A DNA stretch of 64,000 bases, taken from Armatimonadota bacterium. Its GTDB lineage: Bacteria; Armatimonadota; UBA5829; DSUL01. A model generated the notes under the pieces. That model made no database searches. It had not been told where the DNA came from and was given only the letters and a program-made list of their open reading frames with translations. A program made the position numbers and the translations under genes. The stretch is from assembly GCA_039811685.1 (NCBI GenBank), contig JBDHZC010000008.1, forward strand, positions 76,707-140,706, in the 5' to 3' direction. Position 1 is the stretch's first letter; the number at the start of each line of letters is the position of its first letter. Below, in pieces: positions 39,847-49,029 of this stretch.

Positions 39847-41418
39847 TTATCGCGCTGGCTGCGTGGCAACCGGAAAGCTGTCCGTGCGAAATGGAGTGGC
39901 CGGGAGCCCCGCCTTGTTGAACAGGTTCACGACCGGAGTATTAGCCCATCCGTAGCGCACAGCTACGGGACGGCTGACATCCTGGCTGGACACCACCACT
40001 GTATCTCCCGCAATCTCCGCGGTGGCCTTGTGAAAGACTCTATCGTCCCCGGCAATAGTCCAACCGGTAAGCCGGCTTCCCGAAGCATTTGCCTTCTCCG
40101 CTTCAGACATTCCGGGAAGAACAACTGTCTTCTGGACGAGGCCACCGTAGAGATTGTCAAAGCTGACAATTGCGCGGTTGCCTTCAAAACGGACCCTGCG
40201 ATAAGTGGGACCGCTGGCGATGACCCGCTTCTTGTATGTGCCCTTCAAAGCGAGCAGGGCCAGGCGCTGCCCGACCGGCTCTTTGTCTGTGGGGTGAATA
40301 TCAGTGGGATTGCCATAGTCCGTAATGACCGCCATACCGGTATTGGGAACAGTATTTGCGGTGTGGAGTTGCGCTTCGCGCACAACTGCCCACGTGCTGT
40401 CTTCCGGTTCAGGACTGATGGGGCCAAACGGCGCAAGCTGCACGAAGTAGAACGGGAAATCCCCCTCACCCCAGGCGTTGCGCCAGGATTCAATGAGCGC
40501 CGGAAACAGCGCCCGATATTCATAGGCGCGGCCCGCGTTGGACTCACCCTGGTACCAGATAACTCCACGCATACTATAGGGAATCAGAGGGGCAATCATA
40601 CCGTTATAAAACGAAGACATCGGAAAGGAGACCAGTGGATTCTTCGGGCGAGCTGGCGCTGTGGTTGGTTTGCTACCCGACGCGACAGTTTTATCGTACT
40701 CTCTGCGAGTAGCATGGTATGCCCTGAGTTCTTCGGCATACTGCGCCATTGCTTTGTCAAACTCTTCCGCATGGTGCGCGAGCGCTGGATGCTTGCGGAA
40801 ATCTTCCCTGGGCATCCACAGCTCAGCTCTAGACCCACCCCACGTGCTCTGAATGATCCCAACCGGCATGTTCAGCGCTTTGCGCAAGGCGCGACCAAAG
40901 TAGTATCCTACGGCGGAGAAACCTGGAGTCGTCTCCGGACCTGCGGTCTGCCAGGTGGCGCCCACCTTCTGGAGGGGCCACGGCGAGGAGATATGCGGCA
41001 CGGCGAAGAGGCGAAGTTGTGAATCTGCTGAGGCTGCAGAATCCGCCTCGGCGTTAGTCGTGTATTTCAGAGACAGCTCCATATTGGACTGCCCGCCCGC
41101 GATCCAGACCTCACCTACCAGTACGTTGCGTGTCAACTGGTTGTCCCCTGTGACACGCATTTCAAAGGGGCCACCGGCTTTGAGCGGCTTCAGACGCACC
41201 AGCCACTTCCCGTTTCTGGCGACTGTGGACTGCTCCCTGTTCTGAACGCGAACCTTCACCACCTCGCCATCGCCGGCAGTTCCCCAGACTGCAACGGGCA
41301 TTCCTGACTGCAGAACTGCTCCATTGCTGAAGAGACTGTGGAGTTGTACGTCCGAGCGTACGTGCGATGAACTAACAGCGACAACTGCGACGGCAAGAAT
41401 CAACTGAGATACTTTCAC
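39847..41418 (-). CDS. Sialate O-acetylesterase family protein (SGNH)
   Basis: GEVWIAGGQSNM, FSAVGYYF, GVIWYQGESN, FYFVQL, DIHP, AVRYGW, LPATPFRTD. Confidence 0.92.
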   Translation of the reverse strand: MKVSQLILAVAVVAVSSSHVRSDVQLHSLFSNGAVLQSGMPVAVWGTAGDGEVVKVRVQNREQSTVARNGKWLVRLKPLKAGGPFEMRVTGDNQLTRNVLVGEVWIAGGQSNMELSLKYTTNAEADSAASADSQLRLFAVPHISSPWPLQKVGATWQTAGPETTPGFSAVGYYFGRALRKALNMPVGIIQSTWGGSRAELWMPREDFRKHPALAHHAEEFDKAMAQYAEELRAYHATRREYDKTVASGSKPTTAPARPKNPLVSFPMSSFYNGMIAPLIPYSMRGVIWYQGESNAGRAYEYRALFPALIESWRNAWGEGDFPFYFVQLAPFGPISPEPEDSTWAVVREAQLHTANTVPNTGMAVITDYGNPTDIHPTDKEPVGQRLALLALKGTYKKRVIASGPTYRRVRFEGNRAIVSFDNLYGGLVQKTVVLPGMSEAEKANASGSRLTGWTIAGDDRVFHKATAEIAGDTVVVSSQDVSRPVAVRYGWANTPVVNLFNKAGLPATPFRTDSFPVATQPAR

Positions 41419-41502
41419 TGACCAACCTCCTCGTTTGCGCCAGCTTAGAGCTGCACCGCAGTTGTTCAGCGCAAAATGAAGAGTTTCCTTGTCGCAGCTA
41501 CG

Positions 41503-42909
41503 CTAGTGGAGGGTGAGGTCACTGTCTGACTGAACAACGACACATGGAAAGTCGAACCCCTGGTCTCGCCAGTGAGTGGAAATTCCGCGTGCCGTCACAA
41601 AGGCGCCCGCCGGAGGCGAAACCGCGTTTTCTGGTAGCACGATGCGTAACCCCTGGCTTACACTGTCTTGAGCCCCGGACCCGTCATCCAGATAGAAGAA
41701 CCCGCTTCCGGTCAGGCGTACGCGCCCGGCGACCTGCACCAGCAACCCACCGTTGTAAAGCGAACTGGAAAGCGCCGTGCCAGTAATCCAACCAACCGGC
41801 CGGCCGCCCACGTCACTGCAACGGATGCGCATCGGTATGACGGGTTGCGAGCCGCTCGAGCGCGTGAGAAGCGCAACATTGAACATGCGCTCCGGGCCGT
41901 CAGCGGAAAATTCACCCTGTAGAGACGCCACACGGTCTCCGGGAGTAAGCGCTGACGTAACACCTGTTAGGCGTACAGCCGCGGATCGATCTGCGCGTTC
42001 GAGCCAGACGTTTCCGGACAGGACGCGCGATACTCGCAGATCCTGAGCAAGCTCTACAGGAGCGTAGTCTGGAGAGTTGCGCAGAGCGCCACCGAGTGAG
42101 GCGTAACTGTGAAACCGGACAGACTCGCCCATCGCGAGAAGCGTTGCAACGGCCGGGTTGCCAAGTGTTGATGCGATGCCGATTCCCGGACCGGACGGCG
42201 CCGGTTGAGACGGTGGAATAGGGACAGTCGAGCTTACAGTCTGGGAGACGAAGGAGTCAAGGCTGGCGCTTTCCCCCGGGCCATCCACCGAGCTCCACTT
42301 AGTCTGCGCAAGGAGAAGCGAATTACGGAGGGACCCGTAAACTGCTTCATCTCCAATAAGTGGCACGCCGGAGGAGCCAAATGGCAACGAGTGCAGGAGG
42401 TCTGCGACTGCCGGGGCGTGGCGCAAGTCCTGCACAACTCGCCACCGCCAGACTTCCCGGTGGTTTTTCGCACTTGAAGTCTCACCTGGGAGCTTTGCCG
42501 GCGTCTGAGTGTTGTAATCGAGCGTCAACTCAAACATTGTCCCTACTGGCAGATGCAGAAGTGGACGCCAGAGCGCAACGGCCTGGCCAGACTGAACGGT
42601 TTCGCCCGCTAAATCTGGGCAGGTTGGGCAGAACTGACGCATAGTGACATTCGCAAGCGTATGACTGATTCCCACCTGCGCCGCAGCAACAAAGTTTGAC
42701 CAGTTAGTCCCAGGATCGATAGCCAACACGCCGGGCGCCGCAACATCGCCGTACGTGGAGCCGAACCTGCCGCGCCACTCCAGTGGATAACCGTCCGAAA
42801 AGACGTAGTTGGCAGGCCACAGCGGAACGGTGGGGTGAGTAATCTGTTCAGAGGCGACAGCGCAGGCAGTCAGCTCTATTGCCAGACAGACAAAGAGGGT
42901 GAACTTCAC
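41503..42909 (-). CDS. Secreted hypothetical protein: unknown N-terminal domain + C-terminal tandem OB-fold-like tail
   Basis: Signal peptide; N-terminal domain homologous to the neighbouring 42906-43754 protein; tail with PGDRV...G, VGG, N.GLLVQVAGRV...FFYLDDGSG...GLRI...RGIS. Confidence 0.7.
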   Translation of the reverse strand: MKFTLFVCLAIELTACAVASEQITHPTVPLWPANYVFSDGYPLEWRGRFGSTYGDVAAPGVLAIDPGTNWSNFVAAAQVGISHTLANVTMRQFCPTCPDLAGETVQSGQAVALWRPLLHLPVGTMFELTLDYNTQTPAKLPGETSSAKNHREVWRWRVVQDLRHAPAVADLLHSLPFGSSGVPLIGDEAVYGSLRNSLLLAQTKWSSVDGPGESASLDSFVSQTVSSTVPIPPSQPAPSGPGIGIASTLGNPAVATLLAMGESVRFHSYASLGGALRNSPDYAPVELAQDLRVSRVLSGNVWLERADRSAAVRLTGVTSALTPGDRVASLQGEFSADGPERMFNVALLTRSSGSQPVIPMRIRCSDVGGRPVGWITGTALSSSLYNGGLLVQVAGRVRLTGSGFFYLDDGSGAQDSVSQGLRIVLPENAVSPPAGAFVTARGISTHWRDQGFDFPCVVVQSDSDLTLH

Positions 42910-43754
42910 CTTTCACCCTCCCGCGGATGCGCCACCGGAAGGCGAGAGAGCACATAGGCCACTTCAGTCTGCAGTTTGCAGCAGGCCGGGTGCTCCGAGC
43001 TCTGGACAACGCCGCCAGAAGCGCACCCTGAAGCGAGCGCCTGGGCTATTTGCTGGAGGGCTGAGCGCTGTGCCGCTGAATCTCCGCTCTCTTCTGACGT
43101 CAGCGCTTGTTGTGAAAGCGGGATCAACAGACTCGCTGCTATGTCTGAAAGCGCCGGAGAGCCTTTTCCGCTAGAGTCTGTCTCCCTCAGTAGCTGCAGA
43201 ACCAGCCGCACGCAGCGCGTGTCACTCGCCAACAACCATGTCCATTTTTCGGTGTGGACAGTACCGGGCGGATTTGGTCCGGTTCCGTCATCGTCATAGG
43301 GCACGCTGGTGAAATAGATGATCGTCAGCTCCCATCGCGTCCCGGCAGGCTCGTACAAAAGCGGCCAGCGCAACCTGACAGTATTATTCTGTGTCAATGT
43401 GCCAGATGGAAACGAACTGGAACAGGTTGCAGAGGCGGGACGTATCCGCTTGAGCGTCACCGAGTGCACAGTGTAGGGCACCCTGTCAGCGGCAGCGCCC
43501 AGAAAATTCGACCAGTTTTCGCCCGGAGAGATGTGCAACACTCCGGGGTAAACTGGCGTACGCGGAGAAGTGCCGCTATACCCCGCCTGCATGCCTGTCT
43601 GTGGATCAATCCTTCCCGGGTAGGCGGAGAAAACCTCTATGGTCGCATGACTCAATTCACCGCTGGACATCGCGGGGCAGAGCAGCACAGCGCAAAACAC
43701 GGCAGCGCGAAACAGAACCATAATCCTCGCGTATCCGCCAGTGTCGAATTTCAT
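42906..43754 (-). CDS. Secreted hypothetical protein, paralog of the downstream gene's N-terminal domain
   Basis: Signal peptide; PGVLHISPGENWSNF, WPLLYEPAGTRWELTI; GTGA stop/start overlap with the next gene. Confidence 0.7.
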   Translation of the reverse strand: MKFDTGGYARIMVLFRAAVFCAVLLCPAMSSGELSHATIEVFSAYPGRIDPQTGMQAGYSGTSPRTPVYPGVLHISPGENWSNFLGAAADRVPYTVHSVTLKRIRPASATCSSSFPSGTLTQNNTVRLRWPLLYEPAGTRWELTIIYFTSVPYDDDGTGPNPPGTVHTEKWTWLLASDTRCVRLVLQLLRETDSSGKGSPALSDIAASLLIPLSQQALTSEESGDSAAQRSALQQIAQALASGCASGGVVQSSEHPACCKLQTEVAYVLSRLPVAHPREGER

Positions 43755-44026
43755 CCTCAGATTCCACTCCCTTCTTTAGAAAGTGTACCAGCCGGCCAGC
43801 CGTACGTAAAGAGATGAGTTGGTGTCTGTGCAACAGGACCACGGCAATCGGCTGCGAAAGGCATGCAAAATGCTTGCGTCCTCCGTGTCACGAGAACACA
43901 CGAGTGGAACGTCTAAAGAATTGCAAACGACTGCTGACAGCGTCACTACCTGGCGACACTGCGCATAAAAGCATAAAACAGCGGGGTGTGAACAGAGCCG
44001 AAAGCAGGGAAAAACGACGTTGTCTC

Positions 44027-44055
44027 TTGACTTGGCGGCTACGCAGTGGTAGGCT
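44027..44055 (+). promoter_or_regulatory. Sigma70-type promoter TTGACT-N17-TAGGCT
   Basis: Near-consensus boxes with a 17-nt spacer about 60 nt upstream of ATG 44117 (GAGGAGG RBS). Confidence 0.55.
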
Positions 44056-44116
44056 AGTTGAGAGTGGGAGTCTATCTCATTTTGACTCAAGAACCAGATG
44101 AGAGGAGGTTCTTCTA

Positions 44117-45106
44117 ATGGCTGGATTGCGATCTAAAGCAGCGCGCACTGCGCTGGGTGCATTTGTTCTTCTGGCTGGCTGCGCGGTATCTTCACTTGCG
44201 CAGAGTGGTGTCGTTAGCCCCCGTCTGGGCCCGGATGCCACAGTCCGCGGTTCTGGAGTGGTCAATATTGGACCGACCTCAGCACTGCCGATGCAACTGC
44301 AGGCAATCTTTCACCTGGACATCGCCGTATCTGGCAACCAAAGCCAGGGCGGTTTTCTCTGGACAGAGCTGCGCCCTAACGGCGCGCGCAATGCCTATGT
44401 GGTGGCCCGGAAGATACTGGGGACGAAGTTCACCTCATCGAACTACGCCATCATTCAGGCAGAAGGGCTGCTGAACGGCAGACCTGCGACCATTACAATT
44501 GAAGCACTGGACGACCTGGACATGGACTGGATTCATGTTCATGCACAACCCACTGACTCTAAGCTGCCAGATTACGACAAAGCGGGAGGAGTTGCCCGCG
44601 GCGGAATCGTCATCTGGCACCGCCCGGCTGTGACAGCAGAAGTCAAGGGTGCAGGGTCAATCAAGATAGAGCGGCGCGGCGTACCGACGCCGCTGGCACA
44701 GATGGCGCACACGGGGAATTTCGTGTTCTCCGCAGCTAACACATCAGACGGCACAACCGGTACACTCCTCTTTCAGGAGCTCAGTCCGTTGACCCAGGTG
44801 TCCGTGCTGCGGCCAATTGCGCTGGTGCACATTCCGAAAGTCACTTCACTGAGAATAGAAGGAAATCTGGCCTATATCCAGGGACCTGGCTTGTTAAATG
44901 GAAAACCAGTCTGGGTGTACGTAGAAGCCTCAGATACGAGCAAGCCGATTGCTATTGGAGATGCAACTGTCCCCAATCCACCAGATCACCTCTCGATTAC
45001 ATGCACGGCTCTGGGCGCCGACAGCCTTCTCCCGATCTATCAGGCTGCGGGTGACGTTTTCCGCGGCGACATTGCGATAACAAGGGCGAGCGTCACTGCT
45101 CCGTAG
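44117..45106 (+). CDS. Secreted protein with two tandem all-beta repeats (post-COAP-1-like)
   Basis: Signal peptide or possible lipobox LAGC; two ~130-150 aa units, each V.G.G.I...F...G...G.LNG.P..I.IEA.D...D...I...Y..AG.V.RG.I.I. Confidence 0.65.
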   Translation: MAGLRSKAARTALGAFVLLAGCAVSSLAQSGVVSPRLGPDATVRGSGVVNIGPTSALPMQLQAIFHLDIAVSGNQSQGGFLWTELRPNGARNAYVVARKILGTKFTSSNYAIIQAEGLLNGRPATITIEALDDLDMDWIHVHAQPTDSKLPDYDKAGGVARGGIVIWHRPAVTAEVKGAGSIKIERRGVPTPLAQMAHTGNFVFSAANTSDGTTGTLLFQELSPLTQVSVLRPIALVHIPKVTSLRIEGNLAYIQGPGLLNGKPVWVYVEASDTSKPIAIGDATVPNPPDHLSITCTALGADSLLPIYQAAGDVFRGDIAITRASVTAP

Positions 45107-45136
45107 AGCCGATTCTACAAACTGTGACTGATTGAA

Positions 45137-45166
45137 GAGGCCGGCGCTTGTCAGTGCGCCGGCCTC
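45137..45166. terminator. Hairpin between convergent genes, probable terminator
   Basis: GAGGCCGGCGC-N8-GCGCCGGCCTC, perfect 11-bp stem; weak U-tract. Confidence 0.55.
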
Positions 45167-45245
45167 GTTCTCTTCGGCAGTTGATTTGCGATAATGAGCG
45201 ACGACTGCCAGGTTTGGCAGGATGGGTCTGGAGAAAGCCTCTGAT

Positions 45246-45938
45246 TCAGTTGCGGCAAGAGCGCTTGAAAAGCCGGCTCCACCCGACCAGGCATGTGGAA
45301 AGGGCAAGCGCCGAGGACGGTTCAGGCACGACACTTGCCTGCGCTGAATCCAGACGCCCTGTGATGTCGGTATTGGGCGTATGACCGTCGTACACAACAG
45401 TAAAAGTCTGCAGGCCAATCGCGTGCGGAATGTTGACTGTTGTCTGGCTGGTTGGACGGACGGCAGAGAATGCGAAGGTCGCCAGAAGCAACCCGGAACT
45501 GTCCACGTTTATAGATCCGGACAGGCCACCCCACCCAGTGTACAACACACATCCGTCCGTGATATCTACATTGAGATTGTCTGGCTGCGGACTGAGGAAA
45601 CCTTCCACAAGCCAGAATGGCTGCGACGACGCCTTCTTGATTCCACTGAGGTAAAGCGGGTCCCACGTTACGATAACGTCAACGGCGGAGATCGAGGCTG
45701 GAGTCTGCGAAACGGCGAGGAGGTCCAGGCTCAGGGTCTCGCCAAGCGCAACCGTATGTGAGGAGGTCCGCCAGACGAGGTCGACCGCGGCTGGACACTC
45801 GCGAGCGCAGCCGAGAACAAACAGGCTCAGAATACAGACGACAAACCGGGCATTGCGACCGGTGCGGATGGAAACCAACGCCTGACTCTCCTTCAGACAC
45901 TGTGAGCAGAGGTTGCATCGTTGCTCACAGTTTTGCAT
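45246..45938 (-). CDS. Cohesin-like domain PEP-CTERM protein
   Basis: V.LGETLSLDL...ISAVDVIVTWDP.YL...LLATFAF.A cohesin pattern; C-terminal VPEPSS + hydrophobic stretch + basic tail. The true start is probably downstream of 45938. Confidence 0.7.
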   Translation of the reverse strand: MQNCEQRCNLCSQCLKESQALVSIRTGRNARFVVCILSLFVLGCARECPAAVDLVWRTSSHTVALGETLSLDLLAVSQTPASISAVDVIVTWDPLYLSGIKKASSQPFWLVEGFLSPQPDNLNVDITDGCVLYTGWGGLSGSINVDSSGLLLATFAFSAVRPTSQTTVNIPHAIGLQTFTVVYDGHTPNTDITGRLDSAQASVVPEPSSALALSTCLVGWSRLFKRSCRN

Positions 45939-46016
45939 GCGACGGGGCAGCTTTGCTGCTCTACTTCCAGTATACTACGCCGGTGGCCTGAGCGGGGAGA
46001 TGAGTTTTTCTCAAAC

Positions 46017-47063
46017 TCAATGGAGTACAGTGATGTACTGGCTTCTTGAGTGCAGTGTAGGCGTTGGAGAAGTGTGCTCCAGCCAACCGTCCGCACGAAC
46101 CAGAGCTCCTGACGAGACGTTGTGTCCCTGGGCATCCACACGGATAAGGTATCCGCTTGCATCATCCAGAACGAAGCCTGCGCCAGTGACGGAGGTTGCG
46201 CGGCCAACCAGTGAAAAGACGTGAGACGAAGCGGCAAGCTCAGCAGGGGGATTAGACGCATCCCGGTTGTTTATGTAAGTTGGAGTTGCCGTAGTGTAAG
46301 AGGCAGATCCCACCGAGACATTGCCAAGGCCATCTGTGGCTTGCAGACCGAAAGAGTGCACTCCCTGTATGGGATCGGCCGTGGCAGAGAACACCCAGAT
46401 GCCATTCTCCAGCGTCATAGGCTGCCCATCCAGTAATACCTGCGACACCCCCGCCCCATCCGTAGCGGTCACTTCAATGCGAATCTGTTGACCGGCGAGA
46501 GCCGCCGGCGGTCTTATAAAGGCGCTTAGATCAGGCCCGCTTGCGTCAACGACAATCTCCGGGCCATCGACAAGCGTCGCCGGTACCGCGCCATTGAAGC
46601 TGCTGAACTGTGACGCCGGGCTGCCGGTGCGGAAGGCCAGGCGGACCGAACCCTCCTGAGGACCCGCTTGAAAGTGAAGATACGCAAGATCTGAGACCAG
46701 CGTCGTCTGCTGCCCGCCCGGTGTGATGCCGGCTGCAAGACTCAGATTTCCCACCTGTGCCAGAATGTTGTTCTGCAGTACTACCGGGTACGGCTGTGCC
46801 GTGTAGCTACCGGAGACAAAAGTCAGCTTCTGAGGATCGTAGGCCACAAACGCCTGATAGCCCGCACATCCCGGCGCATCCAGATTGTCCTGGCTGAGTG
46901 TGAAGTCAATGGATGTTCCTGGTTTAACGTGGATGCCTGGGGCCGGACCGGTAATCTGAAGAGTTGGGCTGGCGCTGAGCCGTACAGCCAATACCAGCGC
47001 CACAGTCAGTGGCGCAAGGGCAGAGCGCAAAAGAGTGAAAACCTGAGTTTGCGTGACAGACAA
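46017..47063 (-). CDS. Secreted cohesin-like + Ig-like + single OB-fold-like tail protein
   Basis: VKPGTSIDF...GYQAFVAYDPQKL...LAYLHF.A (cohesin-like); ATDGAGVSQV...ATDGLGN (Ig-like); VGRATSVTGAGFVLDDASG tail. Confidence 0.65.
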   Translation of the reverse strand: MSVTQTQVFTLLRSALAPLTVALVLAVRLSASPTLQITGPAPGIHVKPGTSIDFTLSQDNLDAPGCAGYQAFVAYDPQKLTFVSGSYTAQPYPVVLQNNILAQVGNLSLAAGITPGGQQTTLVSDLAYLHFQAGPQEGSVRLAFRTGSPASQFSSFNGAVPATLVDGPEIVVDASGPDLSAFIRPPAALAGQQIRIEVTATDGAGVSQVLLDGQPMTLENGIWVFSATADPIQGVHSFGLQATDGLGNVSVGSASYTTATPTYINNRDASNPPAELAASSHVFSLVGRATSVTGAGFVLDDASGYLIRVDAQGHNVSSGALVRADGWLEHTSPTPTLHSRSQYITVLH

Positions 47064-47286
47064 ATCGTGAAAGAACTCACTCAGAAGATTACAGACTGAC
47101 GAATGGTTGAGTTGTCTCTATTATACCACTGCTCGGAGCGTAGCCAGGGCCGGCAGGTCGCAAGGAACATTAGTCCGGTAAAGCGCACAGGCAACAGCAA
47201 TGGAATATAATGCTCCTTATCAACGTTATTGTAAGTGATCCTTTCTCCCGGAAACGATTCGGGAGATATATTGCCCCTGCCAGCCT

Positions 47287-47532
47287 ATGACCGTTACCCT
47301 CAGAATGTTTGCACAGCTTCGAGAAGCGCTCGGTGCGTCACAGACGGAGTTGACGCTGCCAGAAAACGCCACCGGTCTCGATGTTTGGGCTTGGGTCCGC
47401 AGCTCAGCGCCCTCACTTCAGCTACCCCGAGAGGTCTGCCGCCTGGCAGTGAACTGTGAGTTTGTCTCTTTTGACAAGATACTCAGCGACGGGGACGAAG
47501 TCGCCATCCTCACTCCGGTGGCTGGTGGATGA
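47287..47532 (+). CDS. moaD: Molybdopterin synthase sulfur carrier subunit
   Basis: FAQLRE, AVN.E, DGDEVA..PVAGG C-terminal di-glycine. Confidence 0.95.
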   Translation: MTVTLRMFAQLREALGASQTELTLPENATGLDVWAWVRSSAPSLQLPREVCRLAVNCEFVSFDKILSDGDEVAILTPVAGG

Positions 47533-47969
47533 CACGCTTCGAGCTCACTGAGCGGCCGATTGACGTGCTTGCGCTACTGGCGTCCGTGGAGCAGAGTCAG
47601 GCTGGCGCAGTGAGTCTGTTTGTGGGGGCTGTCCGGGACCACAACGAATCAAAGGCTGTGTTGCGCCTGCAATACGAGGCCTATCCAGAGATGGCGTGCC
47701 GCGTCTGCGAACAAATTCTCGCAGACGCGCTGGCGCGATTTGACATCGTGAAGGCGGTCGCTGTTCATCGGACCGGAATGCTCGAGGTCGGTGAGGCTGC
47801 CGTCGCCATCGCCGTGTCCGCCGCGCATCGGGACGCGGCGTTCCGGGCCTGCCGATTCATCATTGACAGCATCAAAGAAAGCGCGCCAATCTGGAAGAAA
47901 GAGTTCTACGCGGACTCCGCCCGATGGGTAGTGTGCCACAGCCACAACGCCGCTGAGAGCGTCCTCTAG
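47529..47969 (+). CDS. moaE: Molybdopterin synthase catalytic subunit
   Basis: GAVSLFVG.VRD.N, L.YEAY.EMA, HRTG.L.VGE, AHR..AF, PIWKKE. Confidence 0.96.
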   Translation: MTRFELTERPIDVLALLASVEQSQAGAVSLFVGAVRDHNESKAVLRLQYEAYPEMACRVCEQILADALARFDIVKAVAVHRTGMLEVGEAAVAIAVSAAHRDAAFRACRFIIDSIKESAPIWKKEFYADSARWVVCHSHNAAESVL

Positions 47970-48955
47970 TGGCGACCCTGGTTGACGGCTTTGGCCGTGT
48001 AGCCACAAATCTGCGCATTTCCGTGACAGATCGCTGCAACATGCGCTGCCGCTACTGCATGCCGGCGAAGGGTCTGGACTGGCTCCCGAAGGACGAACTC
48101 CTGAGTTTTGAGGAAATCGCCCGGCTGACTCGCATCTTTGTCTCACTTGGTGTGGACAAGGTCCGCCTGACTGGCGGAGAGCCGCTGGTGCGTCCGGGAC
48201 TTGCGCAACTGGTGGGCATGCTCTCCAATGTCCCAGAGCTGAAGGACCTGGGGCTTACGACGAACGGTTACTACCTGGAGCAACAGGTGTCCGATCTGGT
48301 GAATGCCGGACTTCAACGCGTTAATGTCAGTCTGGACTCATTGAAGCCGGAGGTGTTCCGGGAAATTGTACGCCGCGATTTTTTCGAAAGAGTGATTGCA
48401 GGGCTGCATGCGGCAAAGCAGACATCCCTGCGGCCCATCAAAGTGAATGTCGTGATGCTGCGAGGAATCAACGACAGTGAGATTGAGGCATTTGGGCATT
48501 TTGCGCGGACGGAAGGCTTCGTCGTGCGCTTCATCGAGTTTATGCCGATCGGCAAAGATGACGGCTGGACTCCGGACAGCGTCGTCCCGACCTCGGAGAT
48601 AAAGGCACGGCTGGAAACTATCGCTGCGCTTCGGCCTCTCGAGGCAGACCATCAGTACCCCGCCGAGCGCTACGCGTTTGCGGACGGGCTGGGCGAGATT
48701 GGCTTTATCAGCTCTGTGACTGAGCCTTTCTGCGAAAGCTGCAACCGCATCCGTATCACCTCTGACGGCAAACTGAGGACGTGCCTGTTTGCGCTCGATG
48801 AGACCGACCTGCGCACGCCACTGCGCCGCGGAGTATCTGATGAAGAGCTTGCCGCGATTATCAAAGACGCGGTGTCAAGGAAGTGGGCAGGCCACCTGAT
48901 CAACCAGCCAGACTTTGTGAGACCCGACAGGACGATGTCCTCCATCGGCGGATAG
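47969..48955 (+). CDS. moaA: GTP 3',8-cyclase (radical SAM)
   Basis: LRISVTDRCNMRCRYC, RLTGGEP, RFIEFMP, FCESCNRIR...C, C-terminal IGG. Confidence 0.97.
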   Translation: MATLVDGFGRVATNLRISVTDRCNMRCRYCMPAKGLDWLPKDELLSFEEIARLTRIFVSLGVDKVRLTGGEPLVRPGLAQLVGMLSNVPELKDLGLTTNGYYLEQQVSDLVNAGLQRVNVSLDSLKPEVFREIVRRDFFERVIAGLHAAKQTSLRPIKVNVVMLRGINDSEIEAFGHFARTEGFVVRFIEFMPIGKDDGWTPDSVVPTSEIKARLETIAALRPLEADHQYPAERYAFADGLGEIGFISSVTEPFCESCNRIRITSDGKLRTCLFALDETDLRTPLRRGVSDEELAAIIKDAVSRKWAGHLINQPDFVRPDRTMSSIGG

Positions 48956-49029
48956 GCAGGAAAGAAAGCAGTTCGAGACGGCGCCAGTATCAAGTCCTCT
49001 GTCTGGAGCTTGACAACGACAGCCGTCCG

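Noticed and set aside
39835..41022. Long antisense ORFs (also 15780-17060, 34114-35184, 55336-56523, 57572-58492, 60641-61432)
   Set aside because: Each lies opposite a well-supported gene and shows no recognisable motifs; shadow ORFs like these are expected in GC-rich DNA.
47064..47286. Moco riboswitch or ModE site upstream of moaD; hairpin TCTCCCG-GAAACGATT-CGGGAGA near 47243-47266
   Set aside because: Only one hairpin is present; the other conserved Moco-RNA elements and a ModE-type palindrome were not recognisable.
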